DNA of 51,560 nucleotides. It comes from a virus. Lineage: Duplodnaviria; Heunggongvirae; Uroviricota; Caudoviricetes. The notes beneath the pieces are model-generated. The model was not told the origin of the DNA and did no database searches. It saw nothing but the letters and a program-made list of their open reading frames with translations. Shown one piece after another: positions 30,362 to 39,196 of the stretch. How positions within the stretch are numbered: position 1 is the first letter of the stretch; each line of letters opens with the position of its first letter. The translations under genes and the position numbers were made by a program. Location: IMG/VR virus record IMGVR_UViG_2537561778_000008; one strand, 5' to 3'.

Positions 30362-31393
30362 ATGTCTAATTTACTGACCGTACACCAAAATTTGCCTGCA
30401 TTACCGGTCGATGCAACAAGTGATGAGGTTCGCAAGAACCTGATGGACATGTTCAGGGATCGCCAGGCGTTTTCTGAGCATACCTGGAAAATGCTTCTGT
30501 CCGTTTGCCGGTCGTGGGCGGCATGGTGCAAGTTGAATAACCGGAAGTGGTTTCCCGCAGAACCTGAAGATGTTCGCGATTATCTTCTATATCTTCAGGC
30601 GCGCGGTCTGGCAGTGAAAACTATCCAGCAACATTTGGGCCAGCTAAATATGCTTCATCGTCGGTCCGGGCTGCCACGACCAAGTGACAGCAATGCTGTT
30701 TCACTGGTCATGCGACGGATCCGAAAAGAAAACGTTGATGCCGGTGAGCGTGCAAAACAGGCGCTGGCGTTCGAACGCACTGATTTCGACCAGGTTCGTT
30801 CACTCATGGAAAATAGCGATCGCTGCCAGGATATACGTAATCTGGCATTTCTGGGGATTGCTTATAACACCCTGTTACGTATAGCCGAAATTTCTAGGAT
30901 CAGAGTTAAAGATATCTCACGTACTGACGGTGGGAGAATGTTAATCCATATTGGCAGAACGAAAACGCTGGTTAGCACCGCTGGTGTAGAGAAGGCACTT
31001 AGTCTGGGGGTAACTAAACTGGTTGAGCGATGGATTTCTGTCTCTGGTGTGGCTGATGATCCGAATAACTACTTGTTTTGCCGTGTCAGAAAAAATGGTG
31101 TTGCCGCGCCATCTGCCACCAGCCAGCTATCAACTCGCGCCCTGGAAGGGATTTTTGAAGCAACTCACCGATTGATTTACGGGGCTAAGGATGACTCTGG
31201 CCAGAGGTACCTGGCCTGGTCTGGACACAGTGCCCGTGTCGGAGCCGCGCGAGATATGGCCCGCGCCGGAGTTTCAATACCGGAGATCATGCAAGCTGGT
31301 GGCTGGACCAACGTAAATATTGTCATGAACTATATCCGTAATCTGGATAGTGAAACGGGGGCAATGGTGCGCCTGCTGGAAGATGGTGATTAG
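30362..31393 (+). CDS. cre: Cre tyrosine recombinase
   Basis: 343 aa MSNLLTVHQNLPALPVDATSDEVRKNLMDMFRDRQAFSEHTWKMLLSVCRSWAAWCKLNNRKWFPAEPEDVRDYLLYLQARGLAVKTIQQHLGQLNMLHRRSGLPRPSDSNAVSLVMRRIRKENVDAGERAKQALAFERTDFDQVRSLMENSDRCQDIRNLAFLGIAYNTLLRIAEISRIRVKDISRTDGGRMLIHIGRTKTLVSTAGVEKALSLGVTKLVERWISVSGVADDPNNYLFCRVRKNGVAAPSATSQLSTRALEGIFEATHRLIYGAKDDSGQRYLAWSGHSARVGAARDMARAGVSIPEIMQAGGWTNVNIVMNYIRNLDSETGAMVRLLEDGD; matches P1 Cre as I recall it. Confidence 0.97.
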   Translation: MSNLLTVHQNLPALPVDATSDEVRKNLMDMFRDRQAFSEHTWKMLLSVCRSWAAWCKLNNRKWFPAEPEDVRDYLLYLQARGLAVKTIQQHLGQLNMLHRRSGLPRPSDSNAVSLVMRRIRKENVDAGERAKQALAFERTDFDQVRSLMENSDRCQDIRNLAFLGIAYNTLLRIAEISRIRVKDISRTDGGRMLIHIGRTKTLVSTAGVEKALSLGVTKLVERWISVSGVADDPNNYLFCRVRKNGVAAPSATSQLSTRALEGIFEATHRLIYGAKDDSGQRYLAWSGHSARVGAARDMARAGVSIPEIMQAGGWTNVNIVMNYIRNLDSETGAMVRLLEDGD

Positions 31394-31410
31394 CCGTCAA
31401 TATATAAGAA

Positions 31411-31427
31411 ATTGCTATAATTATTTG
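31411..31427 (+). promoter_or_regulatory. C1 operator-like site (ATTGCTATAATTATTTG)
   Basis: Variant operator 17 nt upstream of the 31444 ORF. Confidence 0.35.
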
Positions 31428-31443
31428 ATATTTATGGTGACAT

Positions 31444-31755
31444 ATGAGAAAGGATTTCGACATCGGCGGAAAATATGTAGTGCTGTCTGTAAGCACTAAT
31501 ATTCAGTCGCCAGCCGTCATTGTCACTGTAAAGTTAAGCGATAGAATGGCTGATATTGACTCAATATCTGTTGCGTTCCCTGTCAAAAGTATTCGTAGTG
31601 CTGAACATTTCGTGATGAATGCCACCGAGGAAGAAGCACGGCGCGGTTTTGCCAAAGTGATGTCTGAGTTTGGCGAATTTTTGGGGCACGTTGACAAAGC
31701 CCTCTCAATCAGTTCAGCAAGGTCCAAAGCGTTAACAGCTTCCATGCTGAAATAA
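31444..31755 (+). CDS. Hypothetical protein (103 aa) at the position of P1 cra/c8
   Basis: ATG start; between cre and ref; assigned by position only. Confidence 0.5.
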   Translation: MRKDFDIGGKYVVLSVSTNIQSPAVIVTVKLSDRMADIDSISVAFPVKSIRSAEHFVMNATEEEARRGFAKVMSEFGEFLGHVDKALSISSARSKALTASMLK

Positions 31756-31887
31756 AAAAAAGCCTGGCAAGGAGCCAGGCTGCACAAAAGAGCGGGTTTG
31801 TATTCCGCATCCAATCAATCAAGAAGGAGTATAGCACACAGGTACTGAAGTGAAAAAATGTGATTCGCGATTAACAAAATATCTATC

Positions 31888-31917
31888 ATTGCTCTAATTG
31901 ATTGCTATAATTGAGCC
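31888..31917 (+). promoter_or_regulatory. Two overlapping C1 operator-like sites upstream of ref
   Basis: ATTGCTCTAATTGATTG (31888-31904) and ATTGCTATAATTGAGCC (31901-31917); ref is C1-regulated in P1. Confidence 0.5.
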
Positions 31918-31971
31918 GCAGTTTTTGTCAACTACGAAGACGTTGCCATTACTTCACTCCTTGACATCATT

Positions 31972-31998
31972 GGCGGCCATTAGGCCGCCTTTTTTTTT
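31972..31998 (+). terminator. Strong rho-independent terminator 6 nt upstream of ref start
   Basis: GGCGGCC-ATTA-GGCCGCC followed by T9. Confidence 0.7.
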
Positions 31999-32003
31999 GC
32001 CAT

Positions 32004-32564
32004 ATGAAAACAATCGAACAAAAAATTGAACAGTGCCGCAAGTGGCAGAAGGCAGCCAGAGAACGAGCGATCGCTCGGCAACGGGAGAAGTTGGCTGATC
32101 CGGCCTGGCGAGAATCTCAATATCAGAAAATGCGGAATACTATCGATCGCCGTATCGCTAAACAGAAAGAGCGCCCACCAGCCAGCAAAACGCGGAAAAG
32201 CGCGGTAAAAATAAAATCTCGTGACTTGAAGGGACGAACACCGACGGCGGAGGAACGGCGCATAGCCAATGCTCTTGGCGCTCTCCCCTGCATTGCCTGC
32301 TATATGCATGGAGTAATATCTGAAGAGGTGTCTCTGCACCATATCTCCGGTCGTACCGCGCCTGGTTGTCACAAAAAGCAATTGCCACTTTGTAGATGGC
32401 ACCACCAGCATGCAGCACCGGCTGAAGTAAGAGAAAAATACCCCTGGCTGGTCCCTGTTCATGCCGATGGTGTGGTTGGAGGCAAGAAAGAATTCACCTT
32501 GCTGAACAAGTCAGAGATGGAGTTGCTGGCTGACGCCTATGAAATGGCAAACATCATGCACTAA
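32004..32564 (+). CDS. ref: Ref, recombination enhancement function (HNH endonuclease)
   Basis: 186 aa; basic N-terminus and histidine-rich HNH core (SLHHISGRTAPGCHKKQLPLCRWHHQH). Confidence 0.85.
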   Translation: MKTIEQKIEQCRKWQKAARERAIARQREKLADPAWRESQYQKMRNTIDRRIAKQKERPPASKTRKSAVKIKSRDLKGRTPTAEERRIANALGALPCIACYMHGVISEEVSLHHISGRTAPGCHKKQLPLCRWHHQHAAPAEVREKYPWLVPVHADGVVGGKKEFTLLNKSEMELLADAYEMANIMH

Positions 32565-32753
32565 TAAATATATTATTTTTAATCTTAAATGATTGACAAC
32601 TGACAAGTGACTTGAGTCAGAATCATCACACGCCCGGTACGGATGGATCCCTTTTCAAATATTCCATGGACGGCACAGTCTGAGTACCGGGCGCTACCTT
32701 CAGTTGTATTGCTAAGCCGCCGCTGGTGGCTTTTCTTTTTTGTAGGGGGCGCT

Positions 32754-33395
32754 ATGGATAAGAAAATATGCGTTGTTTCAATGAGCGTCGGCAAACCGGC
32801 GTCAATGACTGCTGCATGGATCAACAATGAGCTGATAATGGCTGAGCGGACCAGCTACCCTGAACGCCGCCGCGATATGGAACTCCAGCTGCTGCGCGAA
32901 TTGCGAGAAAAAGAGGAAAAGGGTTTTATCGTGCTGGTGGAAGAGGAAAACAGCTTTATTACCGGTCGAGTTGGCCAGCGTGTAAGGTTGCGTGATCCCT
33001 TCATGAACGGTAGACCGGTACTGATTGAAGCAATGCAGATTTACAAGGAATTGGAACGCCAGAAAGCGATCAAGTTACCGCGCAAGGAATCCGGCAAATA
33101 CATCCTCCACCAAAGCATCTTCGATTCCGAACATGACAAAAAAGGCGATGAATTTTTCAACATCAACTGGAGCGAAATAACGACAGAGCACGTTCTGACG
33201 TTGTTATGCTGCTTCGCAACGGAATACAACAACGTTGCAAACTCCGACTACATCAGGGCAATGGCTGGAGAAGTTGAGCCACGCCAGGAACCATCGTTAC
33301 TAAGCCCACTGATTAACATAATTCGCGGCACACAGAGACTTGCGGAAAAAAGCGTTCCACATGGAATCTTAACTGGAAAGGGAAACTATTTTTAA
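32754..33395 (+). CDS. Hypothetical protein at the position of P1 mat; start uncertain
   Basis: ORF opens at ATG 32643; ATG 32754 has a GGGGG SD; followed by hairpins before convergent res. Confidence 0.5.
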   Translation: MDKKICVVSMSVGKPASMTAAWINNELIMAERTSYPERRRDMELQLLRELREKEEKGFIVLVEEENSFITGRVGQRVRLRDPFMNGRPVLIEAMQIYKELERQKAIKLPRKESGKYILHQSIFDSEHDKKGDEFFNINWSEITTEHVLTLLCCFATEYNNVANSDYIRAMAGEVEPRQEPSLLSPLINIIRGTQRLAEKSVPHGILTGKGNYF

Positions 33396-33437
33396 CGACC
33401 TGAGCGCCACTTCTTTCAGGTCGTGTTGGATGTCATA

Positions 33438-33461
33438 AAAAGGAGGTTTTCACCTCCTTTT
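33438..33461. terminator. Bidirectional terminator-like hairpin between convergent mat-position gene and res
   Basis: AAAGGAGG-TTTTCA-CCTCCTTT with A/T tracts on both sides; second hairpin GACCTGA...TCAGGTC at 33397-33422. Confidence 0.55.
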
Positions 33462-33470
33462 AAACTGGAA

Positions 33471-36383
33471 TTATGGTAATGCGCTCTTGATTAACTGATA
33501 AATATCATCATTAGCAAACTGCGTTTTGAATTCAACTTTAACAGACTGACTTATTTGATTGAAAAGCGCCTGGGCATGTTCAATTTTCTTTTTTTCTTCA
33601 AGCCGTAAACTATCCTTACTATCTACGTTTTTTGTTTCAATGATAAAGTTAAGATAATCACCTTCTGCTGTTTTTACAACATAAGCAAAATCGGGTGAGT
33701 AAGTGTATCCACCAGCTACCGGGATCTTAATAGAATTCTTCGGTATCTTTGAAAAAACAACAACAGACTGGATCTCTCTATCTGTTATATTACGCCTTTC
33801 AAGCTCTGAATCATAAAAAACCTCTTCAAAAAGATAAGTATCTAATGGTGCTTTTGAATTATCCTGTAATACACCAAGATCACTTGATAATACCTCGTCT
33901 AGAGGCTTACCATCAGCATTTGTGAACTTTGTGGGATGAATTGACCCCGAAATCAAATTATATCCGAGGCTGAATTTGTTAAACGAATTGTTCAACAAAT
34001 ACTTACTAAAACCAGATTTAATTTTTCTGATTGTTTGAATATTCAGGTATTCAGTGATATTAATAGTGTCTTTTATATCACAAAAAACTTTATGTAAAGT
34101 ATCGTGTTTAACAAAAATAGTCTGTGATAAGTTATCGAGAAACTCTCGATAACTCATTGTGTTTAGCTTAGCAAAGTCATCGTCATCACTAACAATGCTT
34201 TTCGACATTGCCATATCATTGTGGATGTAAATTTTATCAATGCGAGTATGAACGCCTGATTTGGTAAATCGTTCTGTTTCTTCGAGCATGAATGACTTGA
34301 AAATGGATAAAAACTCATTTTCACTGTTTATTTTGTACTCAATCACCGCTTTTTGATTGATTAATTCCCATAGTTCTTTCAGCTCACTGAACTTACCAAC
34401 ACGCATTTTAGTGCGTCTTTTTCCATCAGTAGCTTTTTTGATTTTACCTGGTTTCACTCCTATAGGGAATGCTGCTGGATATTTGGATTTTAAGCGGCTG
34501 TAGGCATCTGAATCTTTGAAATTATCATTTTCATCAATGATTTCATCATTGAAAAGTTCATTCATTAGTGCTCTGGATGAAAGCTCAGGATACTGAGCCC
34601 TGATTTGTTCCTTAAGCTCTTGAGTAAACTTACTTGGAACCCTTTCTTTGAAAGAACTCTCATTGACCTCTTTAACAAGTGAGTCAACAAAATCCTTTTC
34701 TGTAAAATCGACATAATATTTAAGGGTAAAATTGCGGTCTTTCACTCGACACATGTATTCATTCACAGGAAGACGCAAACCGCGCCCTACCTCTTGAAGC
34801 TTGGATGTGGTACTACCGCTCGAACGGAGCTTACAGATCTGAAAGACATTAGGATTATCCCATCCCTCACGCAACGTCCATTTTGAGAAAATGAAACGAC
34901 GTGGATTATCTAAAGACAGCAAAAGCTCTTTGTCATGAAGGATTTCGTTGATTTCCTTCTCGATTTTATCATCCTTATCACTGTTATCTTTTGAAAAATA
35001 ACCGCCATGAACGGAAGATATATCTTTAACTGTTTTTTCAAGATAGTTACTATAAAACTCATCTTTTTCTATTTTTAACAGTTCATTAGCTTCTGCCAAA
35101 ACATATTCTTCGAACTTAGCTTTCAAACTTCCGGCAATATTATTACCGTCACGATAACCTTCAATATCATCAATAAAGAAAAGAGTAAGAGGCTTTATGC
35201 GTGGCCTTTGTGTCAGAAACTCTTTTTCTAACTTAAAGTGTTCTTTGATAGCTTTCCTCATCATGCTGTCAGCAAGTGTCTGATCGTAAGAATAGGGGTT
35301 TATTGAGCAACCAATTTTTAGCTCAATACCATTACTCAACACTACTGTATTCTTGCCTAAGGCATCAAGAGTTAAATCGTGAATAGCACTATGTGTCTTA
35401 GATAGAGATTCACCTTTTGTTAACTTAAATAAAGTTTTCTTGTTATTTTCATTTAGCTCAAATGTAACTTCTTCCCCATCAGATTTAATGAACTTTAGGT
35501 TGGCGTCACCATCACCAACAATATCCTCAATGTACGCATCAATACCTTTAACAAGGTCTTCATTAAATGCATCCACAGCTGTAAGTCGATAAACTAAATT
35601 CTTATAGCCTTCACTAAAGGTCGCACCGTAGCGGATAATATATTGAGCATTAAACTTCTCTATATTTTCCCATGTCTTTTTACCAGTAGGAAATTTATGT
35701 GGTTCATCAATGATAATGAATGGTTTTACCGCACCAAGAGCTGAAAAGGGAGAATCAAAATGATTGTCAAGCAAGCCAACATCATAAGTGGAATTTAAAT
35801 TCTTAGAGTGAATCATTCCCGTGTTAATAACAAGAACGTGTATATATTTCTTATTGAAATTACTAGCTTCAACAAAATCATGTATAGCTTGAGGCATATA
35901 CGATTTTGTGCTTTTACCGGCATTTTTCTGACTTTCAACAACGTAAGTCTTTATTTCACGCTCATAATCATCTCTAAAGTGTTCTTTTAACGCATCGCTT
36001 TTCAAAAAGTTCACTGTTCCAGCTTTGATCGATAGAGTAGGAACAATAATGATAAACTTATTAATGCCAAATGATTTGTTCAGATCAAAAATTGTTTTAG
36101 TGTAGGTATACGTTTTACCTGTACCTGTCTCCATAGAAACATCGATTACGTTGCTTCCAGCATCGTAATTATTTTTTACATGTTCAATACCATTGAGTTC
36201 CTGAACTTTTTTTATATTTTTATAGTATTGCTGTTCAGTAAGCCGTAATTCTGGATTAACTAACAGGCGAATAGAAACATTATCCTCCTGATGAGATGTC
36301 GCGGAAACAAAAACGTTCATCACCGCATCGACACCTGCTTTCTGATGCGGTAAGTTCTTTTCGAATGTGAACCCTTTTGACAT
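33471..36383 (-). CDS. res: Type III restriction endonuclease subunit Res
   Basis: 970 aa; SF2 helicase motifs (TGTGKT, IIIDEPHKF); same length as EcoP1I Res as I recall; AT-rich. Confidence 0.9.
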   Translation of the reverse strand: MSKGFTFEKNLPHQKAGVDAVMNVFVSATSHQEDNVSIRLLVNPELRLTEQQYYKNIKKVQELNGIEHVKNNYDAGSNVIDVSMETGTGKTYTYTKTIFDLNKSFGINKFIIIVPTLSIKAGTVNFLKSDALKEHFRDDYEREIKTYVVESQKNAGKSTKSYMPQAIHDFVEASNFNKKYIHVLVINTGMIHSKNLNSTYDVGLLDNHFDSPFSALGAVKPFIIIDEPHKFPTGKKTWENIEKFNAQYIIRYGATFSEGYKNLVYRLTAVDAFNEDLVKGIDAYIEDIVGDGDANLKFIKSDGEEVTFELNENNKKTLFKLTKGESLSKTHSAIHDLTLDALGKNTVVLSNGIELKIGCSINPYSYDQTLADSMMRKAIKEHFKLEKEFLTQRPRIKPLTLFFIDDIEGYRDGNNIAGSLKAKFEEYVLAEANELLKIEKDEFYSNYLEKTVKDISSVHGGYFSKDNSDKDDKIEKEINEILHDKELLLSLDNPRRFIFSKWTLREGWDNPNVFQICKLRSSGSTTSKLQEVGRGLRLPVNEYMCRVKDRNFTLKYYVDFTEKDFVDSLVKEVNESSFKERVPSKFTQELKEQIRAQYPELSSRALMNELFNDEIIDENDNFKDSDAYSRLKSKYPAAFPIGVKPGKIKKATDGKRRTKMRVGKFSELKELWELINQKAVIEYKINSENEFLSIFKSFMLEETERFTKSGVHTRIDKIYIHNDMAMSKSIVSDDDDFAKLNTMSYREFLDNLSQTIFVKHDTLHKVFCDIKDTINITEYLNIQTIRKIKSGFSKYLLNNSFNKFSLGYNLISGSIHPTKFTNADGKPLDEVLSSDLGVLQDNSKAPLDTYLFEEVFYDSELERRNITDREIQSVVVFSKIPKNSIKIPVAGGYTYSPDFAYVVKTAEGDYLNFIIETKNVDSKDSLRLEEKKKIEHAQALFNQISQSVKVEFKTQFANDDIYQLIKSALP

Positions 36384-36385
36384 GA

Positions 36386-38347
36386 TTAGTTCCTTACCAC
36401 TAAATCTAACTCAATAGATTTTTTGTTAGCATAACTTTTTAGCGCCTCATTAAGCTCCCTTTGTTTTGCACTTTCAAAGTTACAACCATAAAACACGACT
36501 TTGTTTGGGGCAAAATCTTCATCTGAATCCAGCTTTTGGAGCAACGCTTTCAATGCTTCGCTAGTAAAATTAGGTGCAATCAAATACAGACGGCCATTGC
36601 AAAAGTGTGCTGTATAGCCACTAAGATCAACATCTTCAATAGGTGTTGTTAACAAGCTACCATCATATACACACCATGTAGTCAATAGGGCATCATACTG
36701 TTCAGGCGTTAATACCGCATCATCAAAGAATGTATGATTAGTGAGCGTAAGTTCAGACTCAACTTTTGCTCTAAAGTCATCAATAGTATGAATCACTTTG
36801 AAACCTATTTTAGCCGCATTATCACTTGTGGTTGTGCTTTTTTTAAATACCTCCTGTATCCTTTTTTTTGTTATTTCAAAAATAGATCTATAGCCAAGAG
36901 AATAGGCATTCTTTGTTTTATTTATAACTTCATCTTTTTGTATGCATATAAAATTCCTACAGCCTGAATCTTTTTCATTTAAATATGCAACAGCTTCTGC
37001 TGTCGTACCAGAGCCAGCAAAAAAGTCAAGAACTAATGAATCCTTTTTTGTTCCTATTTTTACAAGATCGGTTATAAGAGGAACAGGTTTTGGTCCTTCA
37101 AATAATTTTGCACCTAAAAGATTTTTAAGCTCAGTTGTCGCCGTGCTTGTACTATATTCAGGTTTATACCAAATTGATTTTGGCTTTTTAGTTGGTAGCT
37201 CTCCAAGAGCAGGCCGCTGTTTTTTATAGATATTTTTACCATCTTTTATATCTATTACTATTAGATTATAAAACTCATCATTTATTTTTTTCTTTCCCCA
37301 CGACCATGAAAGCTCTTCACCCGTAGGGCTTACTGGGTAAAGTACATAGTCATCTTCGTTAAGAGGTTTATCATCATCTGTTACATAAACCTTATTTTCT
37401 GAATTGATGAATACCGGAAACCAACCTTTTGGTCTTGATTTTCTAGAAGCATCTTGGCCAGTACGCTTTAATGTATCAGCTCTTTTAAATAGCCCATATT
37501 CATCTTCATCCCACTCTTTTTCAACTTCACTTTCATCAATATCGAATTGCCCCAAACTACAAACATCTTTGTTTTTAGCGTATACATATATATATTCATG
37601 CGTATCTGAAAAGCCAAAGTTATCATGATTGCCTTTGAGATTCATGATTGTAGGGAGTTTTGCAACAAAATTACCTTGCCCAAATACTTCGTCGCATAAT
37701 AATCCCAACTGTTTATCTTCGTTATCGTCTATGGAGATGAATATTACTCCATCCTCTTTTAAAAGTTCACGTGCAATATAAAGACGAGGATAAATGAATG
37801 TCAGCCATGCACTATGACTGCTTGAACCCTTGGTGGTAAATTCAAGTATGCGGTTAGCCTCATCAAGCTCGATACCTGCCAGTTCAGAAAGCTGTTCTGG
37901 TGTAAACTTGCGATCATCGTTATAGACGAATCCATCTTTACCCGTATTGTATGGTGGGTCAATGTAAATCATATTCACCTTTTCAGCATAAGCATTAACC
38001 ATATGCTTCAATACTTCGAGGTTATCCCCTTTGATTAACAGGTTTTGACTGTTCTTGTTCTCTTCTTGTTGGTTATGTGTTTTATCTTCTGCCAACAACG
38101 TTTTCGGTGGTAGATTGGCCAACAAACGGGCATAAGATTTACCCAGCCAGTTTAAACTGTATGATTCTTTAGAGAGTTCAACCTCCGATGCTCTAATAAT
38201 CTCAAGCAATTTTTCTTGAATGAAGGCTCCGTTTTTATCAAAACACTGTGGGAAATTAGCTTTCAACACAGCCAGTTGCTTGCTGTTAGCCGTTTCTACT
38301 TCGGAAAAAATCGTTTCTTTTTTCATATCCATTTTAAACCAGATCAT
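36386..38347 (-). CDS. mod: Type III DNA methyltransferase subunit Mod
   Basis: DPPY motif (IYIDPPYNTG) preceding FxGxG (DFFAGSGTT), beta-class order; start at Met8 (38326) would give 646 aa. Confidence 0.9.
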   Translation of the reverse strand: MIWFKMDMKKETIFSEVETANSKQLAVLKANFPQCFDKNGAFIQEKLLEIIRASEVELSKESYSLNWLGKSYARLLANLPPKTLLAEDKTHNQQEENKNSQNLLIKGDNLEVLKHMVNAYAEKVNMIYIDPPYNTGKDGFVYNDDRKFTPEQLSELAGIELDEANRILEFTTKGSSSHSAWLTFIYPRLYIARELLKEDGVIFISIDDNEDKQLGLLCDEVFGQGNFVAKLPTIMNLKGNHDNFGFSDTHEYIYVYAKNKDVCSLGQFDIDESEVEKEWDEDEYGLFKRADTLKRTGQDASRKSRPKGWFPVFINSENKVYVTDDDKPLNEDDYVLYPVSPTGEELSWSWGKKKINDEFYNLIVIDIKDGKNIYKKQRPALGELPTKKPKSIWYKPEYSTSTATTELKNLLGAKLFEGPKPVPLITDLVKIGTKKDSLVLDFFAGSGTTAEAVAYLNEKDSGCRNFICIQKDEVINKTKNAYSLGYRSIFEITKKRIQEVFKKSTTTSDNAAKIGFKVIHTIDDFRAKVESELTLTNHTFFDDAVLTPEQYDALLTTWCVYDGSLLTTPIEDVDLSGYTAHFCNGRLYLIAPNFTSEALKALLQKLDSDEDFAPNKVVFYGCNFESAKQRELNEALKSYANKKSIELDLVVRN

Positions 38348-38477
38348 TTAGCAACAAAGCGCCGCCTCCCCAGCCCGTTAGAGCCAGAAGTTGTGGCACT
38401 ATCACTATCTATATGTTTGAAGAATCGTGCTTCTTTGAGCGATGCTCGGTGAGCAAACAGCCATAATTTGGGGAAGT

Positions 38478-38726
38478 TTAATCCGCATTGAGAAGCAATG
38501 CATTATCTATGATGATCTGCTCCCATTCTTCGAATGCCCGGTCACGGACGCCCTGGGGAACGCTGTTAGTTTTGAAATCGACGACCGTACGCCATTTCCC
38601 GTCCGGACGGTACATGCGCAGAGCTTTACTTCCCCCTTCCCTGCGCACCTCAACGTTATGCTTGTCAGCAAACTCTTGTAATGCTCGTAGCGTCCCATGC
38701 TTTACTGTGTAGTATCGCTTTTTCAA
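38478..38726 (-). CDS. lxc: Small protein (82 aa) at the position and size of P1 Lxc/Bof C1 co-repressor
   Basis: 82 aa; downstream of the ulx-position gene with 4-nt overlap; by size and synteny. Confidence 0.55.
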   Translation of the reverse strand: MKKRYYTVKHGTLRALQEFADKHNVEVRREGGSKALRMYRPDGKWRTVVDFKTNSVPQGVRDRAFEEWEQIIIDNALLLNAD

Positions 38727-39163
38727 GTTTTCTCTCCAGCCTGTGCCAAGGCTTCAACTTCCAAATCGTAAGACTCAAACTCATAGTCCTGGTCGTCAAC
38801 TTCTTCAGGCACTGGCAGTAAATGCCAGGCTGAGTATATCTGACCATTATCAAAACGCTCCTGGCTGTAGAGCGTCGCGGCTATGAGTGTTAGCGCCGGG
38901 CGGTCATAACGGTAAATTTTGCGAACGTCACGGTCAACGAGACGACCGAAATTACCATAACCGCGCTCCAGTAATAATTTTTTAATTTCCGGCCAGTATG
39001 GACCATAGCTGCGGTACAGGCGGGGATTTTTCAGTAATCGCCCGCGTAGCCCTGACAGGAAGAAATCAACGTATTCGTCTTCTGTCTTTCCTAACAACGC
39101 TGTACGGAGTACCGCCTCAAGATATGTTTTATTCGGTTTTATTGTATCAGATAGTGTGGCCAT
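38723..39163 (-). CDS. Hypothetical protein (146 aa) at the position of P1 ulx
   Basis: Between darB and lxc on the same strand. Confidence 0.5.
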   Translation of the reverse strand: MATLSDTIKPNKTYLEAVLRTALLGKTEDEYVDFFLSGLRGRLLKNPRLYRSYGPYWPEIKKLLLERGYGNFGRLVDRDVRKIYRYDRPALTLIAATLYSQERFDNGQIYSAWHLLPVPEEVDDQDYEFESYDLEVEALAQAGEKT

Positions 39164-39196
39164 ATTATGCGACGCCCGGCGAACCGGGCGCTCCTG

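Noticed and set aside
30362-31393. Cre/loxP as an integration module
   Set aside because: In P1-type elements Cre-lox resolves plasmid dimers and circularises the genome rather than mediating chromosomal integration, so this does not indicate an integrated prophage boundary.
36862-36869. T8 homopolymer inside mod as a phase-variation switch
   Set aside because: The tract encodes Lys-Lys in an AT-rich gene and similar tracts are common in the AT-rich genes here; no repeat-number evidence, so slippage-based switching is speculative.
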